A stretch of DNA of 62,046 bases, counting the filler, from Nitrospinae bacterium RIFCSPLOWO2_12_FULL_45_22 (GTDB taxonomy: Bacteria; 2-12-FULL-45-22), in NCBI GenBank assembly GCA_001803565.1. It is 5 parts of 5 records of this genome, joined end to end, with 100 filler letters (N's around TTAATTAATTAA, not from the genome) between each part and the next. Parts side by side here need not be neighbours in the genome. Positions count along the whole stretch, not along the records: positions 1 to 29,804 come from MHDQ01000092.1; 4 more parts are not named here. One strand, given 5' to 3'. The notes under the pieces are model-generated. The model saw only the letters and a list, made by a program, of their open reading frames with translations. It did no database searches and had not been told where the DNA came from. Shown piece after piece: positions 9,991 to 20,343 of the stretch (the stretch's first letter is position 1; each line of letters begins with the position of its first letter). Both the position numbers and the translations under genes were made by a program.

Positions 9991-11940
9991 ATGTGTGGAA
10001 TAGCCGGTATTATATCCGATGATTCCAATTTATATAAAGCTTTGCCTAAAATGCTGGCACTACTTGCCCATCGCGGACCGGATGATGAAGGGATAGAGTA
10101 TCTCAATGGTGCAGCCTTGGGGCACCGCCGATTGAGCATTATCGACCTCGATGGCGGGCATCAGCCCATGTTCTTTGTCTCTAAACCAGTGGCAATCGTT
10201 TTTAACGGTGAGATTTATAATTTCCCCGTTTTAAAGAGGCAACTGGAGGCTGAAGGAAGACGTTTCAATACGCGTTCCGACACAGAGGTGATCCTTCATC
10301 TCTACGAGAAATATGGTGCAGATTGCGTAAAGTATCTTGATGGAATGTTTGCTATTGCCATATGGGATGAAACCGAAAAAAAGCTTGTCCTGGCTAGAGA
10401 CCACCTGGGGCAAAAACCTCTTTTTTTCTGCGAAATACCCTGTGGGTTAGCATTTGCTTCAGAAGTTAAAGGCCTATTGGAAAGCAATTTTGTTAAGCGA
10501 GAGACTGATTTGGAGGCCTTATACCATTATATTTCTTTAAGATTTGTTCCGGATCAATTTACCTTGTTTAAAGGAATAAAAAAGCTTCCGGCGGCCCATC
10601 GACTTATCTATGAGAAGGGAAAACTAAGGATAGAACGTTACTGGGAATTTTCCTATCTCGATAAGATTAATGGGACGGAGGAAGAAATTACAGATCAATT
10701 GGATTTTATGCTCTTTCAGACTGTCAAGGATCATATGTTAAGTGATGTGCCTGTGGGTAGTTTCTTAAGTGGGGGAATTGATTCGAGCTTGATTACCGCC
10801 ATGATGGCAAGACAATCTGAAAAACCTGTTTCTACTTTCTCTATTGGCGTTAAGGAACAAGATTTCAATGAACTTCCCTTTGCAAAACTCTTGGCAGATC
10901 AATACAAAACCCAACACCACGAACAAGTAGTTCAGGCGGATTTGATTCATCTATTGCCCAAAATGATCTGGCATCTGGACGAACCTTCGGATCCCTTTGG
11001 GGTAGGCATATATCTGGTCTCCCAATTAGCGGCAAAGCATGTGAAGGTTGTCCTTAGTGGAGATGGGGGGGATGAGCTTTTTGCAGGCTATGATCGCTTT
11101 TCCGGGAATCATCTCGCGAATATATATTGCGTGATACCCAGGTTTTTACGTAAATCATTGTTGAAAAAGATAATTGAAATGGTTCCCGATAGCTTTACCT
11201 ACAAGAGCTTCTCTCAGAAATTACGCTGGTTGAATGAAATGTCTCTATTAGACCATGGTGATCGTTATGCCGAGAGCATGAGTTTTCTTAGATATACAGA
11301 AGAAGCTAAATCGCATTTATTTACGGAATGGGTTAAAAAGGAATTGGGCTACACTAATTCTAGAGAGAAGATATTAGTTCATTTCAATTGCCCTAATGTC
11401 AATGAGTTGGTTGACCGAATGTTATATACGGATCTGATGACCCGAATGCCTGACCATCTATTAATGATTGTGGATAGAATGGCAATGGCCCACAGTCTGG
11501 AGGTGAGGCCGCCTCTTTTGGAGCATAAAATGGTCGAATTTGCCGCCAGGATTCCTGCAAACTTAAAACTCAATGGAGTTAAATTAAAATATATTTTACG
11601 CAAAGTTGCTTCCAGATACATAGACCCAAGTCTCGTTACACGGAAAAAGCAGGGTTTTGGTTTTCCATTGGCCTATTGGATGAGAAAAGAATTAAAACCG
11701 TTTTTGAGAAACATTGTAAAGGAATCACGATTCATCGAGCATAAAATCTTTGATCATGAATATGTTCACAACATGACTGAGGAACACATCGCTGGTAAAA
11801 GAGATCATAACTTCAGAATATGGATATTTATGAATTTAGAAATTTGGTATCGCCTTTTTATTGAGCAGCAATCTTTTAATACCATCCAAGAATGGATAAA
11901 CAAATATATGAGAATGGAATATAGAGATAAACTGTTATGA
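9991..11940 (+). CDS. asnB: Asparagine synthase (glutamine-hydrolysing) family amidotransferase, probably polysaccharide amidation
   Basis: MCGIAG Ntn cysteine, HRGPD, GHRRLSIID, NGEIYN, LSGGIDS, SGDGGDELFAGY. Confidence 0.93.
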   Translation: MCGIAGIISDDSNLYKALPKMLALLAHRGPDDEGIEYLNGAALGHRRLSIIDLDGGHQPMFFVSKPVAIVFNGEIYNFPVLKRQLEAEGRRFNTRSDTEVILHLYEKYGADCVKYLDGMFAIAIWDETEKKLVLARDHLGQKPLFFCEIPCGLAFASEVKGLLESNFVKRETDLEALYHYISLRFVPDQFTLFKGIKKLPAAHRLIYEKGKLRIERYWEFSYLDKINGTEEEITDQLDFMLFQTVKDHMLSDVPVGSFLSGGIDSSLITAMMARQSEKPVSTFSIGVKEQDFNELPFAKLLADQYKTQHHEQVVQADLIHLLPKMIWHLDEPSDPFGVGIYLVSQLAAKHVKVVLSGDGGDELFAGYDRFSGNHLANIYCVIPRFLRKSLLKKIIEMVPDSFTYKSFSQKLRWLNEMSLLDHGDRYAESMSFLRYTEEAKSHLFTEWVKKELGYTNSREKILVHFNCPNVNELVDRMLYTDLMTRMPDHLLMIVDRMAMAHSLEVRPPLLEHKMVEFAARIPANLKLNGVKLKYILRKVASRYIDPSLVTRKKQGFGFPLAYWMRKELKPFLRNIVKESRFIEHKIFDHEYVHNMTEEHIAGKRDHNFRIWIFMNLEIWYRLFIEQQSFNTIQEWINKYMRMEYRDKLL

Positions 11941-12689
11941 AAACCTACCAGGCATTAAAGGTCCAAAAATCCCTTCGGGATGAAAAAAAATCTAATCTAC
12001 GAAAATATTCAGAATTGATTGTTGGAAGTGACAGCATTTGGGACTTGATTAAGTATGAGTTGATTATCAGTTTTATCAGTTGGCTGCCCGGTGCTATAGG
12101 GCTTTTATTAAGGAGTAAGTTCTACCCCCTAATAATGGGCCAAGTAGGGAAAAATGTAATTTTTGGGCGCAACATGACCCTCAGACACCCCAAGAAGATC
12201 AGGATTGGAAACAATGTCATGATTGATGATAACACGATGCTTGATGCAAAAGGTTTTAATAATAAAGGAATTACGCTTGGAGACGGGGTCTTTATCGGAA
12301 GGAACTGCATATTATATTGCAAGGATGGAGATATATATTTGGAAGAAAATACCAATATAGGGCACAACTGCACATTATTTTCGTCCAACACGATTACTAT
12401 CCATAACGACACCCTGATATCGGCTTATTGTTATATATTAAGCGGTGGTGAGTACGACTACCAGAATGCAGAAATCAAGATGATTGACCAGGACGGTTGC
12501 ACATCTGTCGGAAGTCTGGAGATAGGAAGTAATTGTTGGATAGGGGCAAAAGTTATTGTCACCGATGGTGCATGTATAGGGGATAATTCCGTTATTGGTG
12601 CAGGAGCTGTTGTGATAAAACCTATACCTCCTCGTTCCCTTGCTTTAGGTATTCCAGCAAAAGTTATTAGGAAAACAGTAAAAAACTAA
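11937..12689 (+). CDS. Hexapeptide-repeat (left-handed beta-helix) acyltransferase
   Basis: Repeated [LIV]Gxxxx hexapeptides, IGSNCWIGAKV, IGAGAVV, GIPAKVIR. Confidence 0.88.
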   Translation: MKTYQALKVQKSLRDEKKSNLRKYSELIVGSDSIWDLIKYELIISFISWLPGAIGLLLRSKFYPLIMGQVGKNVIFGRNMTLRHPKKIRIGNNVMIDDNTMLDAKGFNNKGITLGDGVFIGRNCILYCKDGDIYLEENTNIGHNCTLFSSNTITIHNDTLISAYCYILSGGEYDYQNAEIKMIDQDGCTSVGSLEIGSNCWIGAKVIVTDGACIGDNSVIGAGAVVIKPIPPRSLALGIPAKVIRKTVKN

Positions 12690-12719
12690 AGCGATGGGGA
12701 AAATGGATGAGGTGAATGA

Positions 12720-13829
12720 ATGAAGATTGGGATTATGTTAAGACATATAAACGAGCTGGGAGGGATTGTCGTTTATACGGTAAATTTGATTGAAGAGCTT
12801 CTTAAGAACGATAGTAAAAATGAGTATGTTTTTATCTACAACAGACCGGAATTTTTGGGGCGATATTCGGGTTACCATAATGTCCGAGAAAAAGTGGTAA
12901 AGATGCCAAATAAGTTGCTCTGGGATCAATTTGCTGTTCCGGTAGTAGCTCGAAAAGAAAAACTAGATCTAATATTTAATCCTAAGTTGTCAATTCCCTT
13001 ATTTACTCATTGTAAGACCATCTTGGTATATCATGGAGCTGAACAATTTGCTGTTCCAGAACTTTTTAAGTGGCATGACCGCATGTATTTTAAAACTATT
13101 GTGCCATTTTACTTTGCTAAAGCTGATGCTGTTATCTCTATGACCTATAAAGGCAGTAAAGATCTCACTAGATTGGTTGGAGCAAATGAAAAAAAGATTA
13201 CCGCAATATACGAATCTCATCATAACAGGTTTAGGGTAATTGAAGACCAAAAGGCTTTAAAAAAGATCCGTGAAAAGTATAGGCTACCGGAAAAGTTCAT
13301 ATTGTTTGTTGGTGGGTTGGCGCCTTTGAAGAATTTTGGCAATTTGTTAAGGGCTTATCAAAAGCTTGACAAAAAAATTTCTATAAATCTGGTTGCCGTT
13401 GGATTTAAAAGATGGAAGTTTGAAAGCGACCTAAGGTTAATCAATGAATTAAAATTGGATGGCAAGGTAATTTTTACGGGTTTTGTGCCTGATGAAGATT
13501 TACCAGCTATATACAGCTTAGCCCACCAGTTCATATTGCCATCCTTTTATGAAGGATTTGGAATACCCGTCTTAGAGGCAATGGCTTGTGGATGTCCTGT
13601 TATAACAAGCACCACTGGGTGTTCATCTGAGGTTTCAGGTGATGCTGCTGTCCTTATTGACCCCAGGGATGTTGATGGAATTGCCGAGGCTATGTATAAG
13701 ATTGCCGTGGATACAGACCTTAGAAATAAAATGGTTGAAAAAGGATTGAAGCGCGCAAAGGATTTTAGTTGGGAGAAATGTGCAAGAGAAACCTTGGCAC
13801 TCTTTGAGTCTGTGGTAGATAGTCGCTAG
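12720..13829 (+). CDS. Glycosyltransferase family 4 (MtfB-like)
   Basis: FVGGLAPLKN, PSFYEGFGIPVLEAMACGCPV, FSWEKCA. Confidence 0.92.
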   Translation: MKIGIMLRHINELGGIVVYTVNLIEELLKNDSKNEYVFIYNRPEFLGRYSGYHNVREKVVKMPNKLLWDQFAVPVVARKEKLDLIFNPKLSIPLFTHCKTILVYHGAEQFAVPELFKWHDRMYFKTIVPFYFAKADAVISMTYKGSKDLTRLVGANEKKITAIYESHHNRFRVIEDQKALKKIREKYRLPEKFILFVGGLAPLKNFGNLLRAYQKLDKKISINLVAVGFKRWKFESDLRLINELKLDGKVIFTGFVPDEDLPAIYSLAHQFILPSFYEGFGIPVLEAMACGCPVITSTTGCSSEVSGDAAVLIDPRDVDGIAEAMYKIAVDTDLRNKMVEKGLKRAKDFSWEKCARETLALFESVVDSR

Positions 13830-13836
13830 TATAGCG

Positions 13837-14856
13837 ATGCAAAGGTCTGCAAGGCAAGAGGGAAGATTGGTGAATAGACAAAGTATATCATTCTATTTAC
13901 GAGTATTAATAAGTGTATCTCTAATAGTTTTTCTTTTGTTTTGGGTTAGGGCCACTAATCTAATTACCATAATTTCTTCAATCAAAATATACTACCTCCC
14001 GCTATTTTTTGTCCTTAGTTTTCTAGATCGCTCCCTCATGGCCTATAAGTGGGGTTTATTGTTAAAAGCTAAGGGGATGAATTTCTCTTTTCTCAAGATC
14101 TTAAAGGTATATTACATCGGGACTTTTCTAGGTTCATTTTTACCTTCCACTATCGGGGGAGATATCATCAAAATATCCAATTTGAACCGAGATTTAAAGA
14201 ACCTAAGAGATATAACCTCCTCGGTTATTGTCGAACGCTTGCTGGGGTTTTTCTCTTTAATCATCTTTGCTATTCCTTGCATGTTAATCTTGGGAAAGAT
14301 GGTCAGCATAGATATGGGCGGAATTTTTTTGACAATATTAGGGGTATCTTTAATTTTATTAATCCTATTTTTCCTTTCTTTTAACCGTTCTCTGATAACG
14401 CTCATGGAAAGATATTTATATTTTTTACAGGGGATCAGGCTGGTAGAAAAAGCAAGGCAATTTTACGTCTCATATTTAGAGTATATAACGCATAAGAGGA
14501 CGCTGGCAGTTTTTTGTATTCTATCCTTTATCGAGGTATTACTTCCAATCTTTGCTATCTTTGTGGTTGCCTTGGCTCTAAATATCCAGATCTCCCTAGT
14601 ATATTTTTTACTATTTATTCCTTTTATCCTGGTTCTTTCCCGTGTTCCTATATCATTGAGTGGTCTTGGGATTCAAGAGGGTCTTTTTATATACTTTTTT
14701 TCTTTTGTGGGGGTAACTCCAGCAAATGCTTTTTCCCTTGGATTAGTTGCGAATCTTTTAAACATAATATTTCTTTCCCCGGGAGGGATATTCTTTTTAA
14801 TCGATCTCTATTATAGTCCTCGCAAGGAATTACAATTGGAAAGGGCGATTACTTGA
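13837..14856 (+). CDS. Lysylphosphatidylglycerol synthase TM / flippase-like membrane protein
   Basis: About 8 TM helices, FLPSTIGGD, VERLLG, PISLSGLGIQEG. Confidence 0.85.
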   Translation: MQRSARQEGRLVNRQSISFYLRVLISVSLIVFLLFWVRATNLITIISSIKIYYLPLFFVLSFLDRSLMAYKWGLLLKAKGMNFSFLKILKVYYIGTFLGSFLPSTIGGDIIKISNLNRDLKNLRDITSSVIVERLLGFFSLIIFAIPCMLILGKMVSIDMGGIFLTILGVSLILLILFFLSFNRSLITLMERYLYFLQGIRLVEKARQFYVSYLEYITHKRTLAVFCILSFIEVLLPIFAIFVVALALNIQISLVYFLLFIPFILVLSRVPISLSGLGIQEGLFIYFFSFVGVTPANAFSLGLVANLLNIIFLSPGGIFFLIDLYYSPRKELQLERAIT

Positions 14857-14898
14857 TATATCTATGTATGAGGCCAGAAAAAGGAGTGGATATAGATT

Positions 14899-16854
14899 AT
14901 GGAATTGAAGAACCCAGCCCATAATATAAAAATTATTCAACTGGCTATCCTATTTCTCGGTTTCTTCATTATGGGTTCAGGATTTTATCTGAGCGGAGAT
15001 CGGCTTGTCCCGTTTGTCCTGCGATATTCCCCAGATAGAATATTGCGGGAAGAAACAGTTACATTCTTATATAGTCTGAGAGGCAAAATCATCTTATGGG
15101 GGTTTTTGCTCGCTTTATCAGGAATTTTCTTAAGGTATTTCCTTTTATTAGAAAATTTTATTACCCGTAATGTGCGGTCTAATATTGATAAGTTTATTTT
15201 GTTTCTAGGAAGACTAATAAATTTGATTTATAGAATAATGGCCAATAAAAGAGTTGTCTGGTTAGTACTGATCATAATATTTATTACTTTTGCTCATTCA
15301 AGTGTGTATTACTCTCCCTCAGGCTGGCATAGCGAGGGTATTAATTTACAACCACCCAAAAACCTGGTTAAGCACGGGGTTTATGCTACCTTAACTACCC
15401 AAGGGTATGATGAATTTACTTATCGTATTTCTTCTGGACCCGGAATGTTACTTCCCACGGCTCTCATGTTTAAAATTTTCGGAATTAGCATGATCAATGC
15501 TAAGATCCTTATCTGGGTATTTATCGCCCTTCAGCTATTTTTGTTTTACTACATCAGTCGTAAATTATACGGCGAGAAAATCGCGCTACTTGCTTTAGTC
15601 TTTCTTTTGTTTACCCCGTCAGGTGATGTTTCACCATTAGGTGGTCAAATGGCCGGCACAGCATATCATGTAGCATCTGTTTATCTTATGATAGGAGCAC
15701 TATTTTGGTTTAAATCCATAGAGACAGCAAAAACCAAGTACCTTTTCTTGGCCAGTTTATGTTGGGCATTCTCCTTCCAATCGCAATGGCTTTTTCTTTT
15801 TGCAATTTTCGCCGCTATTCTTACCTGGTTTATTGTCCGCTTCTCTGATAAACCCATTGCTGCCAGATATTGGATCATACCGTCTCTTACGGTGATTCTG
15901 ATTACCGGAGGATGGTTTTCCTTTCGGGTATCGCAATTAGGCATTACCCAGGAATATCGGCATTTATTACGCTTCAAATATGAACACGGACATAGGGCAT
16001 TGGGAACAGCCACCCAGGAAGGAGTAATAGACTCAGCTCTCTCGTTCATCCGACCGATTAAATCCCTCGCCCAAATAGATCTATGGAAGGATCTAAATTT
16101 ATTTTTATTCGTCCCTGCCCTCCTGTATGTATTGATTCTGATAGCAAGAAGCAAAATGACTGATTATAGAAGCATATTTTTTCTCAATTTTACCTTGATT
16201 TGGTTTGCCTGGTGGCTCTTATTTAACTTTGATCTTCCAGAAACCCATCTGTTTGGTGTTTTCATGTTTAGTCAACTCTTTATTGCCAAATTAATCTATG
16301 ATCTATGGAACTATTCGGTTTCACGGAGAGATAATTTCCTGGATCTGGTAAAAAATGAGACAAGAGATAATACGATATTTTATCTGGTCAGGGTTGGCCT
16401 TATATGTATTGTTCTCTTAAAAATAATACTTCCTATGGCCAGGTCAGCCGATCGTTTGTATAGATTGAATCTCACATTGACAAGACCCTACACCGAGATG
16501 ATGAACCATGTACAAAATCATACAGAGGAGAATGCCATATTTTCTGGTTGGCGTTGGAGTTTGCCCTGGTATGTTGATCTTGATAATCATATAGATCGGA
16601 TTAATAAAGACCGCTCCACTTATCCCGCCGAACAGCGGGAACATGTCCCGGAATATTTTATTGTTTCTCCTGAATGGCCACTGGTTAAAGCTACTGATAA
16701 ATGGCCAATGGTTGATCCGGAGAGTAATTTCTCCGTAGAACAGAATAAGATGCGAAAGAAGTTTTTAGAACAGCACTGCAGCTTACTAGAGACCTTTGGT
16801 AATGGTGAGCACAAATGGCTTTTGTATAGGGTTAATAATGACAAATTACCTTGA
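14899..16854 (+). CDS. Polytopic GT-C fold (ArnT/PMT-like) glycosyltransferase-like membrane protein
   Basis: More than 10 TM segments, loop HSEG...NLVKHGVYA...SSGPGMLLP resembling GT-C external loop 1, soluble C-terminal domain. Confidence 0.6.
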   Translation: MELKNPAHNIKIIQLAILFLGFFIMGSGFYLSGDRLVPFVLRYSPDRILREETVTFLYSLRGKIILWGFLLALSGIFLRYFLLLENFITRNVRSNIDKFILFLGRLINLIYRIMANKRVVWLVLIIIFITFAHSSVYYSPSGWHSEGINLQPPKNLVKHGVYATLTTQGYDEFTYRISSGPGMLLPTALMFKIFGISMINAKILIWVFIALQLFLFYYISRKLYGEKIALLALVFLLFTPSGDVSPLGGQMAGTAYHVASVYLMIGALFWFKSIETAKTKYLFLASLCWAFSFQSQWLFLFAIFAAILTWFIVRFSDKPIAARYWIIPSLTVILITGGWFSFRVSQLGITQEYRHLLRFKYEHGHRALGTATQEGVIDSALSFIRPIKSLAQIDLWKDLNLFLFVPALLYVLILIARSKMTDYRSIFFLNFTLIWFAWWLLFNFDLPETHLFGVFMFSQLFIAKLIYDLWNYSVSRRDNFLDLVKNETRDNTIFYLVRVGLICIVLLKIILPMARSADRLYRLNLTLTRPYTEMMNHVQNHTEENAIFSGWRWSLPWYVDLDNHIDRINKDRSTYPAEQREHVPEYFIVSPEWPLVKATDKWPMVDPESNFSVEQNKMRKKFLEQHCSLLETFGNGEHKWLLYRVNNDKLP

Positions 16855-16973
16855 TAGCAACAGAAGGGACCGCTCCCTAGACATAAAAACTATCTGCGTT
16901 TATCAACCACCTTTGATAGCCCTTTACGATAAAATATATGAACCCAAGTTTTTCAAACATATACCTAATTCTT

Positions 16974-17038
16974 TGTAGGGCAGGGCTTTAGCCCTGCTAT
17001 TTCGGTGAATTAAAGCAAGCCTAACGGCTTGCCCTACA
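16974..17038. repeat. GTAG-type REP doublet (REPIN-like)
   Basis: TGTAGGGCAGGGCTTTAGCCCTGC and inverted partner GCAAGCCTAACGGCTTGCCCTACA, each with an internal hairpin. Confidence 0.75.
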
Positions 17039-17155
17039 CCGGTTTGCAATTAACCCTGCATAATTCGGGCTAAACTCCTCACTAAGTTGAGATATCTCAT
17101 GCTTAGCTAAAAGAGCATGATTTCCATAGCCTGCTAGCATTGGAGGAAGGCTTAT

Positions 17156-18169
17156 TTGACCATGAGAAAAAATAAAAAATTATGGATAGGTCTGATTAGC
17201 AGCCCGATTTTTTTGGCTTTGATATTTTATAATGCCGATCTCCATAGAATGAAGGAAGCCCTCATGACTGTCAATTATATCTATCTACCATTGGCGGTGA
17301 TGTTGAGCCTGGTGACAAATATTTTTCGCAGTTATCGCTGGAAATATGCTCTCAAGCCGATTCGAAATATCCGCGCCCTAGGCCTTTTCCCCGGGATAGC
17401 AATAGGATACATGGTAAATAATTTGCTGCCAGCACGCTTAGGGGAGTTTGTCAGGGCTTATATAGTCGGGAAGAGAGAAAATACCAGTAAAAGCTTAATT
17501 TTGGGTACCATTGTTGTTGAGCGAGTATTCGATGGAATAACGCTGCTCTGTTTTTTAGTTACGTTATCCTTATTTTTTTCCTTTCCTCCCTGGATCAAGC
17601 GGGTGGGGATAGTTGCATCTATCTTTTTCATGTCTGCAGCGGTATGTTTAGTTTTTTTAACGGACCAAAAAACCAAAGTAGGGCAATTAATAAAGAAGGG
17701 AATCGGTCTGTTCTCTTCCCTCATAGCAGAAAAGGTGGGTCGTCTCATGGATCCCTTCCTTTCTGGTTTAGCTGTAATTAAGAATAAGAGAAATATCTTA
17801 CTCGTTTTCTTTTTTACCGCTGTGGTGTGGCTAGTAGAGGCGATGACCTATTATATTGTTGGTTTGTCTTTCAGTATAAACCTCCCCATATATGTCTATT
17901 TATTCGTTGTTATAACAGTAAATTTGGGCATTATGATCCCCTCAGCACCAGGCTATGTCGGTACTTTCGAGTTTTTTTGTATGAGTGTCCTGGCGCTTTT
18001 TTCTATAGAGAAGAATATTGCCCTGAGCTTCGCTATAGTGCTCCACGCCATATTATTTATACCTATAACTATACTGGGAATGATTTACTTTTATAAAGAA
18101 GACTTAAGTTTTTCTAAAATAAATATACAAGAACCTATCCCCGTAAGATTGAGAAATCCATCTCAATAA
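17156..18169 (+). CDS. Lysylphosphatidylglycerol synthase TM / flippase-like membrane protein
   Basis: RSYRW, NNLLPARLGEFVRA, VERVFD, PSAPGYVGTFE. Confidence 0.88.
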   Translation: MTMRKNKKLWIGLISSPIFLALIFYNADLHRMKEALMTVNYIYLPLAVMLSLVTNIFRSYRWKYALKPIRNIRALGLFPGIAIGYMVNNLLPARLGEFVRAYIVGKRENTSKSLILGTIVVERVFDGITLLCFLVTLSLFFSFPPWIKRVGIVASIFFMSAAVCLVFLTDQKTKVGQLIKKGIGLFSSLIAEKVGRLMDPFLSGLAVIKNKRNILLVFFFTAVVWLVEAMTYYIVGLSFSINLPIYVYLFVVITVNLGIMIPSAPGYVGTFEFFCMSVLALFSIEKNIALSFAIVLHAILFIPITILGMIYFYKEDLSFSKINIQEPIPVRLRNPSQ

Positions 18170-18194
18170 AAGAGTTTCAGAGGAGGTATGCAAC

Positions 18195-20324
18195 ATGACC
18201 ATAGCCATATTAGGTGGCGGATTAGGGGGTTTAAGTACCGCCTGGCATTTGGAAAAGATAGGATTTTTTAACTATCATCTTTTTGAAAAAGAATCCAGGG
18301 TCGGGGGTCTTGCCCGTTCAGAAAACGTTGATGGTTTTATTTTTGATTTTACTGGGCACCTTCTGCATTTCAAGAACCAGTATGTTAAAGACCTGATTTT
18401 AAGGCTGCTAGGAGAAAATATTAAATGCATAGAAAGAAACTCATGGATCTTTTCCAAGAACGTTCATACCAGATATCCTTTTCAGAATAATCTCTTTGGA
18501 CTTCCTAACGATGTCATAAAAGAATGTATTATGGGGTTTGTTGAGGCCAATTATAGGAAAAACGGGAATGACCCTGCGGATAAAGACCTGGTTCGTCCTG
18601 AGGACTTTCCAGAAGAATATAAGACCTTCGAAGATTGGATATACACTAACCTGGGGACAGGAATTGCCAAGCATTTTATGATTCCATATAACGCGAAATT
18701 GTGGACCGTGCACCCACGAGAGTTAACCTGCGAATGGATGGGGAGGTTTGTCCCCCCGACTTCGTTGGAACAATTACTGGAAGGGGCCCTTTGCGATCAA
18801 TCAAAAAAAGTAGGATATAACGCCAATTTTTACTATCCCCTCCATGGTGGCATTGAGTCTCTACCTAAGGCATTTGCTTCTTCACTTTCTAATATCCATA
18901 TAAACCAGGAGGCCCGTGAGATAGACATCACAGAGAAAAAGATTACCTTTAAGGACGGTGAGCAAATTTATTACCATATGCTGGCATCGTCGATCCCTCT
19001 TCCTCAACTGGTCCATCTGATAAAACCCTTACCCAACGAAATAAAAGTTCTATCAAGAAATCTTAGATATAATTCTGTTCTGAATATTAACCTGGGCATC
19101 AACCGGAATGTTAGCGATAAACATTGGATCTACTTTCCAGAAGAAGATATATCCTTTTATAGGGTGGGATTTCCTGGTAACTTTTCACCATTCGTTGCCC
19201 CCGAAGGGGCCAGTTCTCTCTATATAGAAATTGCCTATTCTAATGATAAACCGTTAGATAAGAAAAAAGTTGTTGAAAAGGCAAAAGAGGATCTCAAAAA
19301 AGCTCATATACTCAAAGATTCGGACCAGATAATGGTGGAGAAATGTTTTGACATAGGCTGTGCTTACGTAATTTATGACAAAAACTACAGGGATAGCGTA
19401 GCCCGGATAAAAAATTTCTTGAATGAAAACGATATATATCCTATTGGACGATATGGCGCCTGGGAGTATTCTGGTATGGAGGACGCTATTTTACAAGGTA
19501 GTAAAGTGGTGGATGAGATAATTCGGGCAAACAAGGAGGTTTACCTCCCCAGAAGATCCGCGCAAGTCCCGCTTATTTCCATAGTTATACCCGTATATAA
19601 CGAAGAGAAGATCCTGGAAAGCTCCGTTAAAGAAATTATACGGGAGACTGACAAACTTCAAACCGATTATGAAATACTACTTTGCGAAAATGGCAGTACC
19701 GATCGTACTACGGAAATTGCCCATCAATTATCAACTATGCATCCTCAAGTCCGGGTTATCCATTATCCCGAGCCCAATTATGGAAAGGCTTTAGAGCGCG
19801 GAATTATCGAGGCTATTGGTCAGTATATCGTCTGTTTTGAGATCGACTTTTGGGATGCAGCGTTTATCGAGATTAGTAAGGTGCTACTACGAAAATATGA
19901 TGCGGTTATTGGGTCAAAGCGGGCTAAAGGTGCCAGAGATAAACGTCCCCTCATCCGACGAATGATAACCCTAAGCTTTAACTTATTCTTAAGATTCATA
20001 TTCGGTTTCCAAGGGACGGATACCCATGGTGTAAAGGCCTTTAGGCGGGATATGGCCCTGGACGTTGTTAAGGATTGTAAAACCGGCAAGGATATATTTG
20101 CTACCGAACTTATTTTAAGAATGGAGCGGTCAGGGTTCTATATGTGTGAATTACCCCTGGAAATAGAGGAAAAAAGACCCCCTTCTATAAATCTTATTAA
20201 GCGGGTCCCGAGTACTATAAAGAATCTTATTACATTATGGAAGGCCACACGAAATCTTAAGCGTTCAGACATTAAAAACTTGGAACCTGATCCCAAAATT
20301 ATGACTGAGACTTTAGTAAAGTGA
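18195..20324 (+). CDS. Fusion of FAD-dependent oxidoreductase (UDP-galactopyranose mutase/HemY-like) and glycosyltransferase family 2
   Basis: N-terminal GGGLGG, FDFTGHLLH, YYPLHGG, GRYGAWEY; C-terminal ISIVIPVYNEE, ENGSTD, NYGKA, DTHGVKAF. Confidence 0.8.
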   Translation: MTIAILGGGLGGLSTAWHLEKIGFFNYHLFEKESRVGGLARSENVDGFIFDFTGHLLHFKNQYVKDLILRLLGENIKCIERNSWIFSKNVHTRYPFQNNLFGLPNDVIKECIMGFVEANYRKNGNDPADKDLVRPEDFPEEYKTFEDWIYTNLGTGIAKHFMIPYNAKLWTVHPRELTCEWMGRFVPPTSLEQLLEGALCDQSKKVGYNANFYYPLHGGIESLPKAFASSLSNIHINQEAREIDITEKKITFKDGEQIYYHMLASSIPLPQLVHLIKPLPNEIKVLSRNLRYNSVLNINLGINRNVSDKHWIYFPEEDISFYRVGFPGNFSPFVAPEGASSLYIEIAYSNDKPLDKKKVVEKAKEDLKKAHILKDSDQIMVEKCFDIGCAYVIYDKNYRDSVARIKNFLNENDIYPIGRYGAWEYSGMEDAILQGSKVVDEIIRANKEVYLPRRSAQVPLISIVIPVYNEEKILESSVKEIIRETDKLQTDYEILLCENGSTDRTTEIAHQLSTMHPQVRVIHYPEPNYGKALERGIIEAIGQYIVCFEIDFWDAAFIEISKVLLRKYDAVIGSKRAKGARDKRPLIRRMITLSFNLFLRFIFGFQGTDTHGVKAFRRDMALDVVKDCKTGKDIFATELILRMERSGFYMCELPLEIEEKRPPSINLIKRVPSTIKNLITLWKATRNLKRSDIKNLEPDPKIMTETLVK

Positions 20325-20343
20325 TATTGGCGTAAGTAGGTTT

